The notes under the pieces are model-generated. The model searched no databases, was not told the DNA's origin, and worked only from the letters and a program-made list of their open reading frames with translations. DNA of 64,000 nt from Takakia lepidozioides (Eukaryota > Plantae > Bryophyta), in NCBI GenBank assembly GCA_030704615.1, contig CM060733.1, positions 12,152,001 to 12,216,000 on the forward strand, in the 5' to 3' direction. Each line of letters begins with the position of its first letter. Positions within the stretch are counted from its first letter, which is position 1. A program made the translations under genes and the position numbers. Below, one piece after another: positions 38,242-52,277 of this stretch.

Positions 38242-39800
38242 TGGAGCGCGGCCGCTACGGGCCGTAGCGGCCGCGCTCCAGTGCGCTACAGGACGTAATG
38301 CCACTGTCGCTAAGGATGGAGCAGGTCATAAAGTGACCTGCTGAGTAGGTCTTTCAGCCCTGTCACATCATAAAGGACACACAAAGGACACAAAATACGA
38401 GATGAAAAGAAGGACACATGCTACGGGCAATAGCAGGCCTCCTCGTACGCAATCAAAACCTGCCACGTCAGCATGATGCGTACGGCAGGGCATTACGTGC
38501 TAGAAAGCGCGCACGTGGTGCCGGTTATGGCTCACGTGCCCGCTCCCTGGCGTAAAAAGCTGGTTGTGGACTATTCTCGCCGCTACCCGGCGCAATCTGA
38601 TTGGGGTGGATACATAATCGGCCACCCAGCCGATTCCGCATACCTTGAGGCTTGGGTGACCAATTCGGCCTGATAATTAGTCTTAAAAAGTGGCAGAATA
38701 CTCCACACCTGATTTTTACGTTTTTTTGAACATCCCGCGACAGGCTGTCTAGGGCATTACGCTTTCTGCCCTGCAACAAGATGGACCACTTGAATGATGA
38801 CGCGTCAGCGAAGAATGATGATGTCAACTAAAACAATTTCTGACAATTTCTGTCTGTGCTTTACGTATAGGTAAAGCACCTGGGCTGGGTGGTTCCCAGG
38901 TTTTCGCCCCCTGTAAACTCGGGCTGTAACCACCGAGCCCAGGTGCTTTACCCTATGTAAAGAATTTTGGATCCCCCCTCTTTATCTTTATCATCTTTCC
39001 AGCACGGTGTCCAGTCAGAAAAGATGCCGGAAAGAAATCAGAAGGAAGGGGGAAGGAGTCGAAAAGAAGAGAGAAAGAAGGGAGGGGTAAGAGGAGTGCG
39101 TTCCAGGAGCGTAACGCACGCTGACAGCCTGGCGAGTGCGTTCCACTCGTGAACGTCCCTGCACGTAATCCTAGAGTGGTGTTCACAAGTATAAGGCCCC
39201 GCAAAATACAAAGGAATTCTTCCCAAAATTCTTTAGGGCGCATTCCCTTGCGTAAAGGAATTTTGGGGACAGATTCTGCGAGGCCCCGATTGGCTGCAGG
39301 CCATAATGAGCCAATAAAAGTCCATCTGCCGATTAGGAACGCAGAATGCGCCAGCGAAGAGGAGCGTCAATCTTTTGCTTCCTAATTTGCCTCAAAAAAG
39401 GCAGAATCTGCCCCCAAAATCCCTTAAGGTGAGGCATTATCCCGCGGGGCTTCCAGTACCTCGCCCCTGTATTCCTCAGGCTCGTATTACAGGGCCTCGA
39501 TACTAGAGCCCCGGGATAATGCCTCACCCTGCATAAAGCCCAATGAAATCAACGGCTAGATGAGCCTTTACACGTTTTCCCCCTGTTCGGCTGGATTTCC
39601 CTTATACGTTTTCCCCGCGTTGCAGGGATCTTACGTGTAAGCTCCCACCCACGGGGAGCTCACGTGTGACGCCCTAATACGCCTGATTCTGCTCTACAAC
39701 CCGCCCCATAAAGCTGTAGGGATTTACGCTGGGTAAAGTCCCTGGACCGAGGGCATTACTGATTTGAGGGCACCTACTACCGCCCCAGTAGGTATTATGG
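38242..39800. other. CpG-rich cluster of inverted repeats/hairpins, unclassified
   Basis: Perfect 19+1+19 palindrome 38242-38280; 24/25-bp stem 38870-38894/38928-38952; stem ~39222-39267; 17-bp perfect stem 39428-39444/39512-39528; several smaller stems. Confidence 0.75.
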
Positions 39801-40439
39801 TGACTCTTCACCCCCAAGGATTACTGGCTTCCTCTAGGAAGATGGACACCTTACCGGCCAGGATTTAGGTGGACGCCTTTCGAGGAGGGATTTCCCGCCA
39901 ATGAGGATGGAACCAGTGTTGGACTGGTATATAGGTCTTGGGCGGGTATCAACTAGGGTAAGGGTAATGGTATGAAGGATCAGGCGGGTACCTACAAGGG
40001 CAAAACCCTGCAATACCCTGGTGGGGTGGGATACATGGACTTCTAAAACCCTGGCGCAGAACATGTAGTCGGGTCTTCTTCCTCGTGCTACCACTCCAAT
40101 ACCATGCATGCGTCAGTTGAGGGACAGGATGCAGGGGTAGGGTCTAGGGTAGTTTGAGGTTAGGGATACTAACTACATATAGCGTTTTCAAGAGGGCACT
40201 TCAATGAGTATGAGTTAGAGGATGCTAATATGTTTGAAGAGGAGTACTTAGATGAAATGCAATTTGTTAGTTTCTGCTCTTAAAAAGTGATAGAGAAGAG
40301 TTAGGGACCATTTGGGATATTTTTCAATGTTGAAATGGGCCATTTGAATAGTTGAAATCTTAATATGATTTAAAGGGCCTCCGTCCATTTTTTATTTTTA
40401 TTTTTATTTATTTTTAAGAGTTAGAAAGAATTGCACTAG

Positions 40440-40666
40440 TGTAGCCCGTACCAGCCGTGGCACATACCAGGCTGGTATGACTTTTCAAAGTTTGTTTAAT
40501 ACCATACCAGTCAGATTTTCACTTTGATACCATACCATATACCATACCAGGCTATTAAATTTACACATCATTTGATACCAGTACCATACTGGTTTCAATA
40601 ATTCAACTGTACCCCAATACCTTTACCCTAGTGGTATCAAAAACCATGATACCAGTCCAACACTGG
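40440..40666. mobile_element. hAT-like terminal remnant
   Basis: Dense ATACCA/TGGTAT subterminal repeats ending in CAACACTG (reverse complement CAGTGTTG, a typical hAT end). Confidence 0.45.
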
Positions 40667-41359
40667 ATGGAACCATACGCCCCCTAAGGTTTCTCCTCTC
40701 CTAGAGTGGAAGGCACCGAACGTCACGGACGGAAGGGTCCTGCTCTTGTGAGCTGCCCGATCAAGGAAATCTCAGCCATCAAATCCTTGCTGTTTCCTTA
40801 GCAGGGTGACGGCCTTCCTAAAGCTCGGGGCCCAGGCACTCTGGCTACCACTTCGTGCCAGGCCCCTCATTTCAGGATGCCTATCCAAGCCTTCAACGTT
40901 TCTGCCTAAGCGATTCGAAATTCAGATGCGCAGGGACCTTGGAGTCATGGTTCTTGCGGTGCCTCCAATTAATGACCCTATCTTTTGGATCCCTAGGAGA
41001 AAGCCAGTGGTTGGAAGATTCCCCAGTCCAGAGAATGTCTAGATGACCAACAGACTTTGTCTCCTTCGCCTTTGCACAATATTTCAAGATGAGCCCATTC
41101 TGCATCAATCACATAGATACCACTCAGTTTTCTATCCAACTAGCTACCTACTGGTGGAGTTTAATTTGATTCAACTTCTCAAACTGGGCATTTGTCTTTT
41201 GAAAATTTCAATTTCAATTATTTTTTCTAAATGCGTCCCTCTCCAGTCTCAGCTAGAAGAAAAAATAACCAATATGGTTTTGTTTGTTTTTTAAAAGGAA
41301 AAGGGGATGGAAGATGAAAGCCCTTAACTTTATAATGAAGGGGTCAAAGGCACAGTTAT

Positions 41360-41550
41360 GTTCTTCTCCCCCTTCCCTTGGGCAGTGTCATGCAAAAGCC
41401 TTCAAGGCGAGGTTACTGTGAAAGAGGTTATTTTCTCCTCTCACTATAATTAAGGGGGAGAGAAAATTTAAAAAAAAAATTAAGGGGGCTCATTTGTGAG
41501 CTGGCGCTCCCAGGTGTTTCCCTTGAAAAATAATAATAATAATAATAAAA
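41360..41550 (+). mobile_element. 5'-truncated copy of the SINE-like element at 20612
   Basis: Shares AAAGCCTTCA.GGCGAGGTTACT.TGAAAGAGGTTATTTT..CCTCTCACTATAATTAA and ATTTGTGAGCTG.CGCTCC, ends in (AAT)n. Confidence 0.65.
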
Positions 41551-42140
41551 GCATAGAATTGGTTTCGAAGGTAGATGTATTAAATAATCTCTTCCATGAG
41601 ATGGTTGAGGAGACATGATGTGATTACTCGTCTCCGTGAAGTTGTCATGTTTACATCTCTACAAATACATAACGCCTAAAGCCCTAAAGGGAAGGACTCG
41701 TATTATTCAGATGCATCGTTCTAAATCTGCTCAACAATTTGGGGCTGATTTCGATCAGAGCTAACTGGCTCTTTCCTAAAACTTGGTCAAGCTTTCTGGG
41801 TAGGCTGATCACCTAACAAGAGAGCTCAACAGCAACAAAAGATTTTCAACTATGGTTGAACTTGCAGAGATGATTGCACCTCTGAAGATTTTGTGGATAT
41901 TATGCAACCTGGTTACCTGCAAACAAAGGAATGTGGGGTTTCATTGTTTGCTGGTAGAAGGCTTATTGGAATCAATGAAACTTTAAATCACATCTTGTTT
42001 CTTTTGACCCAGCAGACTGAACATCCTCGGAATGCCAACTCAAGTTGACCACAAGACTGCAAATTTGTAGAACCTTAATAAATGGTGTGTGCATGTGAAG
42101 TCTCTTACAGTCTACAGTTATGTTTCATATAGAGGTTGTC

Positions 42141-45100
42141 TTAACAAAGAGAGTCTGTGGACAGGGTCAAGACATGGCAGTCCAACGTCCTCAGATTCAC
42201 CTGCACTCAGAATCAAAGGTGGACCCATTAGTGCCAAGGTTATTAGGTTTTCAAAGGGGTACACAAAAAGAAGTAGCGGGCTGCACCATTCGCGATGAAG
42301 AGTGTCCTAGATACAGCTCCCCTATATTAAGACTTCATAGGCCAGTGATTCTAATCGGAGGTGCAACCGCCTCTAACTCCTCATGCCATCACCACTGAAC
42401 CAGAGACATGATATGTAATGATCTTCTTCCATGCAGTGGGAAAAAGATGACAGAATTCTGAAGAGCATGAGTTGCAGCACTTCCATCTCAACCTCAAAGA
42501 CGTGTAAATAAGAAGGCTAATCTCAGAGAACTTTCCTACCTTTATGTCATTAGTGGTAGCTTATAAGCCATTTTTTTACGCAATCAAAACACTCTTCTGT
42601 TCTCACAAAACTCGGAATGGACTGAATAGACAGAGCTTGAAAGGGTTCAATTGAAGGTTTGATGTGTCTTCCCCTTTACTGCTTCATCAGATTGCCCCGA
42701 AGTACCAATGCCAGACCACCAAAAGCTTTAACCACCAGTGAATGACATGCCCCTTTCTAGAACATATCCATTAAATGCCCTACAGTAACTGTAGCCAAGG
42801 GAGAGCATACCAAAACGGCGGTGGCTGTCTCATGAAAGCGAGGAATGCAAATGAGTCGAACTTGCTGTCCAGAGGGACCTGGAAACCCACCTCAACCTCC
42901 ATCACTCCAGAGCTATAGCATCACAATATGATTGAAAGACATTCTGGAATTACTTTGTCAATTTATTTCACTTTTCTTCTCCTTGCTTGCAGGAGAGAAA
43001 ATGGTTGGGGCCAATGGAATACCAACTACAAGGAGATCTCACTTAGGACAATAAATGAGCTTCACCTTTTAGTAATCGTGATGCATAACTTGGCTGGTTG
43101 CCACAAAAGTAGATGTGGGGACACGTCTCCACAATGAATGGGTCTCTGTCCGTGAATGGATAACAGCCTGCCCAACAGTTGCATTCCATTCCAAATTAGC
43201 TTGCTTCATACAAAAGCTATAATCACCAATCCAGATTGTTCTAGGCATCTAACAGTAACTAGATTGGCCGGCCCAACTGTAGATTTCTCTGTGCCCAAAT
43301 GTAACACGTCAAAAAATACAACAGGGTTGTAAGACAAATGACAGTAGAAGACTCAGATAAAGAGATAAAAGCAGAAAGAAGAGACACAGATGGACAGACG
43401 GAGATAGAGAACCTAGAGTGTCAGGGGCTGTGGGTGCCAGATGGCGCCACAGGAGAGTCCTCTCCATGAAGTCGATGCGTTCTTCTGCCTCCGAGTATTT
43501 GTCCAGATCCTCAATGTTTTGACCCGATGTGCCCAGGAACCTGCTCTTAATATCATCCATGAACCATATTGATAACACATACTGATCATTCATAAGTAGA
43601 GCACCCTCACATGTTCAGCAAATGAATAACAATATGGAACTTCAGGAGACTCGGATGACAAGAAACATCTTCCTTTGCATACAAGACAGATTCCCTAGGC
43701 CAAGGTAACCTCAACATGGAAGAGCTCATGTACCTGACACAAGAAGGACAGAACTTACCCAACTCCATCGAGCTCAAATTGGTGAGGGTTGGTAGCTGAA
43801 ATAAATGTACTATATGACGTGGCCCCAGGAAACAGGCATCTATGAAGAGGCTGTTCAACAAGCATACCCACAAATTAAGTGTCAAAAAAAGCCTGCCAGA
43901 AACGAGGTAGGGAAATGGCATACTGTGAATGATGCTCAGTTTGACATGCATCCCAACATATCAAGGGTTTGTCCTTCCCCACACTCCCAATTCCTCACTT
44001 GTTGTACGGATTTGTTTAAGTGTGGTAGGTTGGGGTAGGACAGATGAGAGTGGTGAACACAGTCACTGAACACAGCCTACACTGACTGCTTCTAAAGGTG
44101 ATCTAGACTTGTTACCTGCTGAGGGAGGGAGAAGTTGGCAGGGTCATTGGGGCCGGGCATAATATCGACTGGCATAGCTGCTGCAAGCTGGTGTGACATG
44201 CCCCAAAGAATTCCAGAATTAGGCATTCTAAGGTAATACATAATCATTTGGTAACCCAAATGGAAGTCCTCTGTTACCCCTCTGCAGACACTGGTCAATC
44301 CAAGAACTTAGGAGCCCTTATGCATTTCTTTTTCCTCTCTACAAGGGAATAATAACAAAGGGTTCAACTGCAGGATAAAGTGAAAAGAGGAGAGTCAGCA
44401 CCTGCGTAAGAGCAAGATCTAGTTCTTTGATGGGTTCCACAAGCTTGCCTTGCTCCTTGGCTGACAGAGACTGCTGGTCAGGCCAGTGCACCAATTTAGA
44501 GTGCCTCTTAGGCATGAGACATGAACAGCAATGTGGAGGGTTGACCTTCTGGGCTGGGAAGAGCTATGAGAAGTCCAACAATATGATAGAAGAATTGAAC
44601 TCCAAGGGTTGCCAGGGTGTAAGCATCAGACCTTAAGGACTGTTAGTCCCAATCAAAATGTACTATTGATCATGAGAAGTTCAGTTTCTAAAATGTACCT
44701 CCGGAGCAAACAAAGGCTGAGATTCTACAGGGTCAGTGTTTGTTTCCACCTGCAGCAGACAGTTCTACAACATCTGCTAGATTATGGTTGGCAGAGGATA
44801 TATCCTTAGCTTGGTGCAGCAGACTTGAAGTCACTAAGGAAAGCAACAAGATCCAAGTTTCAAAAACAACTGTACCTGGCCACCAGCCATAGTGGGGTGC
44901 AAATCAACTGAGTCTCCAGCAATCACAACCCGGACTATATGTGCACTCAGGCTTTGCTCCTGCAAGTTTGAGTCTGTCAAAGACATTTAAATGAAATGCC
45001 TCCAGGGGTTTAACTCTACAGTCATAAAGTGCTCTCTTGCTCCTTGATAACTCAGGAAGAGAGACAAGAGAAGATCAGACAGCTTATGGCATAAGACAAA

Positions 45101-48100
45101 AAACAAAATAAGGAAGCAATAGAAAACCAGGTCTAAGTCACCACACAAAGCTCAAGCACCTCATGCAGCGAGAAAAAGAAAAAAAGGGAAAATTGTCCAC
45201 AGGAAAGAGCTCAAGGGACAAATTGAATAATGAGAGACAGGGAAGAGGAAAACATAATTATTATGTTCATGGAGGCCCAAAGACCCAAGGGACAGACCAA
45301 AACAAACCAACAGAAGTACTAACCAGAAAGGGGTGAGAGAGCGAGTATATACTAATAAAACATTGCAGCCTCAAGATTTTGAAAATTGGTGAAGAGACGT
45401 GCAGGGGTGGAGAGAGAGCATGCACTCATAAGACTTTGTTTACCATTGTGGCCATAGACCCTGTGCCCCATTTGGACGGAAACGGAAGGAATAGACACTA
45501 CCTTCGTGAGGGGCTCACTCCAGTAGTGGGACTTCCCTGGATATAAACAACTAATTCGGGCTTTCCAGATATCCTCTAGAAAGCCCTTCACACAACTGCT
45601 GTGTGTGAGCAGCCCAAAAGTTAGACCAGGACCAGAGCTTTAGGGTCAGCCTCGAGATTTTGAAAGCTGGTCAACAGAGGTGCAGGAACCATGTTCTTGA
45701 TATTCCTGAAGAGGGTCACTCTCTGGTGAGAATACCAAGGACAATGTATCAGAAAATGGATATTGTCTTCAAGTTGCCCGCACATCGGGCAATTACAAGC
45801 TCCTTTCCCTCTCTGCATCTGTTTTTTGTTCAAAGCTAGGCTCAGCATCCTGCGTTTAGTGCCGAGGTAGGTAGGCCCTTCAGATCGTCCTTAAGGTCCT
45901 TGCCCATGTCACAGACTGGAAACAAGTTCAGGGAGGTTTTATGCCTAACCTCATATTCATCAGACAGTCTTTACTTGCTTGCAAGAAACAGCATCGATTA
46001 TCTTAGGTCTCTGGTATTAGACATGCAATTCAACTGACCCCACCATCTGACCTTGAATTCATCGCGTCTAGAGCTTAAGGGAGGTATGCCAAACTGGCCT
46101 CGAACAGCCACATTCGCTGCTATAGAACATGCTGACATGCTTTCTTTGAGCACCCTGACCTGAAGGGATTCTAGAGACTTGGCATGGTTGGAATTGTTGA
46201 CCCACACACAGATGTGTACTCCAAGGCAGGCCTAATCACGTTGCAAAGCATTGTCCTTTTAACTTCAGTATTAATCCTTCTGCAGTGGAAAAATGTAGTG
46301 AGGAGAATGAATGTACTCAAACACACAGAGAGTGAGGGAGAGAGAGAGACCTGCTCTTCCCCAAGGTGTCCAGTCAAGTAATCCAAGAGAAGCTCTAGTT
46401 CAAGAGGATTTGTCCCAGGCCCTCCAATCCTCAGCCCCGACACAAAAGCGACAAACTTATCTTCTTCTGCTATCAACAAAATAAGCAAACCTCAATATGT
46501 CACAACTCGGCTCTATTGTGATGAACTTCACAATTCTAGCATTTTATTTCAAGTCACACTGCACTCAAGCAACTAAGCAAGAGAAAAAAATTGCACATGC
46601 ATGCATTCAATCATGACCTGACCTGACTTAAGAGAAGGCTGGATAGTTTGTGATGGCAACCCAGACTCCAAGATCTCCTGTACGAAAAACTCTCCGTCCT
46701 TCACTTCCTGGCCACAGACAGCCACCACCACCCCTGTGGCCACCATTGTCAAGATTGTGATGTGTAGATGCAGTTGTGCACTGGTTTTGCAAGGGTTGAG
46801 TATCCAGAGCAAAGCATCACAACGCAGCCGAAGTCGTGCACTTTGCTGCTAATATACCAAGTATATTGTAACTTCCAACATCACATACAATGGACAATGC
46901 AATGAAAGCAAAAAGTATTTATCCCTCTGCAAGAGAGAGAGAGAGAGAGAGAATGTACTCAGCCTTGTGGCCTTAGACCCCACGCCCAGTTTGGATGGAA
47001 ATATAGGGAATAGGCACCTTTGTGAGGGGCTCACTCCAGTAGTGTGACTTCCCTTCACATAAACAATTAGTTCAGGCTTTCCAGAGATCCTCAAGAAAGC
47101 CCTTCAAACAAGCATCAATCTACTGTGTGAGCAGCCCAAAAGTTAGACCACAACAGGGCCAGAGCTTTAGGCTCAGCCTTGAGATTCTAAAAGGTGGTGA
47201 ACAGAGATGGAGGAACTGTCATTCTCTGGTGATAATACCCTGGGCAATGTATCAGAAAATGGATACTCTGTTCACGTTGCCTGCACATCGGGCAAATACA
47301 ATCTCCTTTTCCTCTCTGCATCTGTATTTTGTTCAAAGGTAGGCTCCCCGGCCTGAGTTTAAACTTCAGGAGAGAGGGAGAGAGAGAGTCTTCCATGAAA
47401 ACTGTAATTCTAATAAAACCAACAAACCTTTCTGTAAATCTGCCATCTACTAACCCGTTATGCATGCAAGCCATGTGCCCCCTTACCAGTGACATACGAA
47501 GAAGGAGATATCGCATCTCCAATCAACTTGACACGGCCGCTGTCATCTTCCAGGATCACATAGTCGTCATTACGTGTGAACTTACTAGGAGTTTCTAGAG
47601 GCAATACAGATCGCTGCAAAGATCAATAGCACAACAATTCTCATAAACAAGAAGATGATACTGAAATGATGGTATATGAAGTCGGCAGACATTAAAGACC
47701 AGTGAGTCTATGTGAAATCAAACGTCCAACAAATCATTTCAATGCTCAGTTGGTCATAGCTAAAATGTCCTGGCATTGGCCCCCACCAGAAATATCAACT
47801 TGCACCTCAGATATTACGGGTAAAGGCAACATTTGGAAGAAGGGCTTAAGCATTGGGACCTCTTTTGAATATTCATCAAGAACTGAAGGCTTCAGCTGCA
47901 TGTGCTTGTAAAGTGTACCCACTACAATACATGCCGTACCTTCCTTCAAGTCCAGAATTTTGCAATCTGTCGGCAAAAGGCACCGAATCAGGGACCAAAT
48001 ATATTTTTGGGCATCATATCACTAGTTTTAAAAGCATCTCGCATATTCCAACTTCCAACTTATAGATCAAGAGGGTTCCTGAACATCTCCATTCAAGAAC

Positions 48101-49328
48101 ATGATATTCAATTCTGAAAAGGGTAGTGGGCTTTTCACTCCATGACCGTGGCTTCATTTTCCAGGAAAACTTGTTTCTTCTAACTCCATGTGACACGTGA
48201 CAATCTGGTCACTACATCCAGACAACTACATCCTCCGCCTCAAGCTGGTGAGATTTTAGAAGTGTTTGTTGCACAACTCAGAACCGCTGCTGAAAAGTAA
48301 GATATTGCATCCAGACACTTGTTCGACAAAAGATGAACCATAGCAGCTGCTAACCTGGAAGAGACGGCCACTGACTCTTTGCGAGGGGCAATAAAAACTG
48401 GCGGATGGTGAAAAGGCGAAAGAAATAAAGCTGACTGTACTGTTGGCCCTTGTATCTCTGCATACTCAAGCCAAATCTTTCATCCTGTTCAGACCCACCA
48501 TTCCAAGTCAGTTTAAAAGTTCTCATGGTTGGGTTGTGACACTGGCACCTAGTTGCTGTAGAGTTTTGGGGAACAAAAAAGCCTGGTCATAATGTAAGTG
48601 ATTGCTGACGTGTACACGTCCTAAGAGAATGAGGTAGCCCTAGTGAAAAAATTCTTGGCTCATCCTTCTTCGACACGTGAATTATTAGGACATCAATTCA
48701 CAGCACGTACATATGGAGGTGAAATGATTTATCTCAGAAAACGATGCACACCCTCAGCGATTCTGAACAGACAAGGAAGCTGAGAGACAAGATTGCTACT
48801 AGTTTCTTTCACTCTGATGCTCAAATTGAGAAAATTTATGGGGAGCATATCGGTAGCAAAGCTGTACATACTCTTTAACGGTCTAGACATGCACATTTGT
48901 CACTTGCAAACAGGAAATCAACGAGAATTCTGTATGTTTGAGCGCATGTGCGCGTATTTGTAGGCTTGTGTGCGTGTAGAAAGAGAGAAACACACAAGCA
49001 AAAAGAATTATTAGTTCCCGGAAGGCCTAGAGCGAGCGAGAGACATCCCTTCAACTATGCTGCCTTTGCTTTGTGGCGATAAACCGCAAGAGAAACATGA
49101 ACTCTGACTCAATCTAACGGACCTCAAAAGAGCACCAAAGTATGTAAAGCGGGGAAGCTGGTTCCACTGAAAGAACGAATTCAAAAACAATGCAGGAAAA
49201 AAAGCTTAGACCAAGGAAATACCTTCTGCGGCTGAACCTCTGAGCATAGAAGGTTAAAAAAAGCTTACATGAGAGACATATTCAGCGTGCTTTCGAGGCA
49301 GAACCCCGTGCTCCACCTCCATATCCAT
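42141..49328 (-). CDS. POLD2: DNA polymerase delta small (B) subunit, multi-exon
   Basis: [14 protein letters not shown]; [24 protein letters not shown]; FVAFVSGL; [18 protein letters not shown]; [12 protein letters not shown]; [12 protein letters not shown]; [10 protein letters not shown]; [13 protein letters not shown]. Confidence 0.95.
45365..46290 (-). mobile_element. 5'-truncated non-LTR (LINE) retrotransposon remnant in POLD2 intron
   Basis: VIRPALEY; [25 protein letters not shown]; C-terminal [24 protein letters not shown]. Confidence 0.75.
46955..47350 (-). mobile_element. Second, shorter copy of the same LINE 3' end
   Basis: [22 protein letters not shown] plus nucleotide match to 45450-45840. 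Confidence 0.75.
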
Positions 49329-50577
49329 AAAGCGTCAGGACGAGACAAGAAAGAACGGGGCAGACTTGTGATGTCTAGCAGCCTATGAACCTTCACAAAT
49401 GTGTACATCTGGGATCTTGTACTACAGCCACAGCATTGCCAACAACATAGGGGCATCAGACATTCCACACAAAATCCCACACCAAAACCCTCGCATCGCA
49501 AAACCTCGCGAAACACAAAACGATTGAATCTTGTGAAGAGATTCGATGGCGGGAACCTGACGAGTACCTACGCAGTTCTTTTTTTTTTTTTTTGCAGAAA
49601 AGGGGAAGTAGCCCTTGAGATATATATATATTTTAATTAAGATTATTGAAGGGAAAATAGTTCTTTTTGTGTTTTTAATAATTATTAATATTTGTTATTT
49701 ATTGTAATTGGTCAGCAACCGCCCTATTGCCCTTGCTGCAGCAACCAAGGGACTTGTTTGCTGTGTGAGAAAGGAATTCACACACCTAAGTTACATTGTA
49801 GCCAACCAGCCTCAAGCCGTCACAAGTGAAAAAATGAGATATTGCACAAACCTCATACAGGAATAATGATGAGGGAGAAAAACCGGAGAGGCCATACTTC
49901 TCAGAATTTTAAAATAGCTGTAATCAGGACGCACAATGCATTGCTTGACCGCCAACCAGTGTTGCCAAAATCTAGACCACATTTGAAGCTAACCACACTC
50001 AACTTTGAGTCTCTCCAAAAAGTGCAGGGAAAAACTTTCTGTCATTGCCGCTAGGAAGTTCCAGCACTGTTAGATACACGTGCTCCAGGTTGCTACAGAA
50101 AAGTTCCATTGCATCACCATGGATGCATGTGACTGCCACAAATAGTTGAAAAACAGTTCCCATTCACACACGTGTCGCTGAAAGTCCTTCTCTTCACGTC
50201 TCTTTCATTTCTCTCCACCCCCTGGTCCCTCTTCTCTCTAGAACTCTTTTATGCCAAGATTCAAACCATGGTGAGCATAAACTCTGGGATAGGAGGTCAC
50301 CTAGAACTATGCCCAAGATATAGCCAATGTTCATTTGGACAGTGAATAAGCCAGTGCCAACATTGTCATATGTCTCTCAAGGAGCTAACTGCTATTTTTC
50401 GCAACAGCCCAAGATTCTGAGGTCCACCAGGGATACACTTTAGCAAAGCTCCAGAACAAAAGACATAGTAAGGAGCAAACTTGGAAGAGAAGGGTAACTT
50501 ACACTGCTATTACTAGAATTCATTGGATAGTTAAGGCAAGCCTATAAAATCCATGCTGTTCTGAAACAGTCGTTTTG

Positions 50578-52277
50578 TTATGTAGCCTTTTTTTGCCTTT
50601 CTTTTGGTCTCCAAGTGCCCTGTCGGTATTTTTCTGTATGTCGAAGAATCATCTTCCTCTGCAGTAAAACAGACCACCTTCCCCTCACCAACCTATTCTA
50701 AGAAACTAAAGCAAGAACATGAATGAATGATGAACGGAAAATTGGTGAAAATATGTGGCCCAATGCATTTTCCCATGCTGTATACTATGACTATCCCAGA
50801 AGGTCAAAGAGATCTGATCAGTTGCGGTCAAACTCTTTGATTGATTGCTGTTGGTCACACAAGGTAACAAGGGAACTCCACCACTTAATAGCCAGAAGGG
50901 ATGGATTATGCTCACAGCTCTGGACAAATGGTTGTACTGGCAACAAGTTAAGCTATATTTCCAATACATTACTGGAGCGACTGGGGGAACCGATCACTGA
51001 CTCCTAAGACACAGAAGAGAATGTACTCATGCCATCAGCAAACGGTGGCTTGCCATAGCCTTACGGCCATTGATCCTGCAGGAAACTAACCCTCCCGGAG
51101 CCTTTTGAGGGGTACGCACCCACCAGGGTTTAGCTTATCCCCGCAGCTCAGCTGCAGGTATATACTTATTTTCAATAAGGTGTACACAAGAGACAATTGT
51201 CCGCATGCAAACTCGACAGCCTGGTTATTAAGGAGAATGTTGCATTAAAAAATGGAAGTGGGGACAACTGGTGGTACACCTATGTGACAAAGAGAATGTA
51301 CTTATAAAACATTGTCTGCCGTAGCCTTGTGGCCATTGACCCCGCGCCCAGTTTGAGCAGAACACAAAGGGACAGAAACTACCTTTGTCAACGGCTGATG
51401 CCGGTAGTATGACTTACCTAGTTTTCCAGATATCCTCTAGAAATCCCTTTACACAAGCATCAATCTGCTGTGTGTGATCTGCCCAATACCAAGGCCCCTT
51501 AGGGCAATTTGCCTAGAGATGATTAGTTTGTGAACGTCAGCAAAATGTATCTGAACTGTCCTGAAAAGGTTTCTCAGGAAAAGTGAAATCAATGTACTCC
51601 ATAAGAGTCATGCCTGAGTGTGAAGCTAAACCGAACCCAGCATAGTTCATCTTGTTAGAAACACCCTTCCCAGGCAGAAGGAGAGGGAATGGAACTGAAA
51701 GAGAGCTGACCTGCTTGCAAGGGACACCTATCTCTTTAAGTTTGCTGGTTCTGGTCTGCAAGAGCGCTGGGAGTCCATCGACAGAATGAGCAACTTTGTC
51801 AGCATAATTTTCTACTCCCCGGCCGATTGCCTTCATGAAATCCTGAACTCCTATCTCTCCTGGTGCCCACCCCATCACAACATCACTAACTTACAACGTT
51901 CGTCCACCACACATGAATAAATCAAACCGTCCACTTACTTTCGGAGCGTCTTCCCCCCCCGGCCACAACTGCAAGAATCGCTTTCTTTCAGAACCCCTGT
52001 CTTTGCCAGACGCCGTCACCCCATCGCTAGGGCGCCGTCCCATTGTAACATTTCGTTCTGAATCCCCATCGCCCACAGGCAGGGTCTACAACAAACATAG
52101 AGCTTTCACTGTGAAAATGCATAACTCCGAGGGAAGCATCCCGACCAACAACTCTTGGGTGGGATTTTGAGATAAAAGAAGCGTACCGGAAGGCGCCTCT
52201 GCAGCAGAGGAAAAAGCAGAGTTGAAGAAGCGTGAGCAGACGCAGGTCGCCAGCCTTCTACTACTTCCCAACGCCAT
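50578..52277 (-). CDS. Mitochondrial IGR-motif/SAM-fold protein (mS41/Fyv4-like), 4 exons
   Basis: Transit-like MALGSSRRLATCVCSRFF; EIGVQDFMKAIGRGVENYADKV..LLQTRTSKLKEIGVPCKQ; RKMILRHTEKYRQGTWRP. Confidence 0.82.
51290..51475 (-). mobile_element. LINE 3'-end fragment in intron
   Basis: Matches 46960-47130 (GCCTTGTGGCC..GACCCC.CGCCCAGTTTG; TTTCCAGA.ATCCTC; CAAGCATCAATCT). Confidence 0.6.

Noticed and set aside
38225-39676. TIR pair TAGGGCGTTAC / GTGACGCCCTA bounding the hairpin island
   Set aside because: Only 10/11 match and no convincing TSD; not enough to call a transposon
38242-39800. Hammerhead ribozyme/retrozyme
   Set aside because: No CTGANGA...GAAA core with proper stems found by eye on either strand
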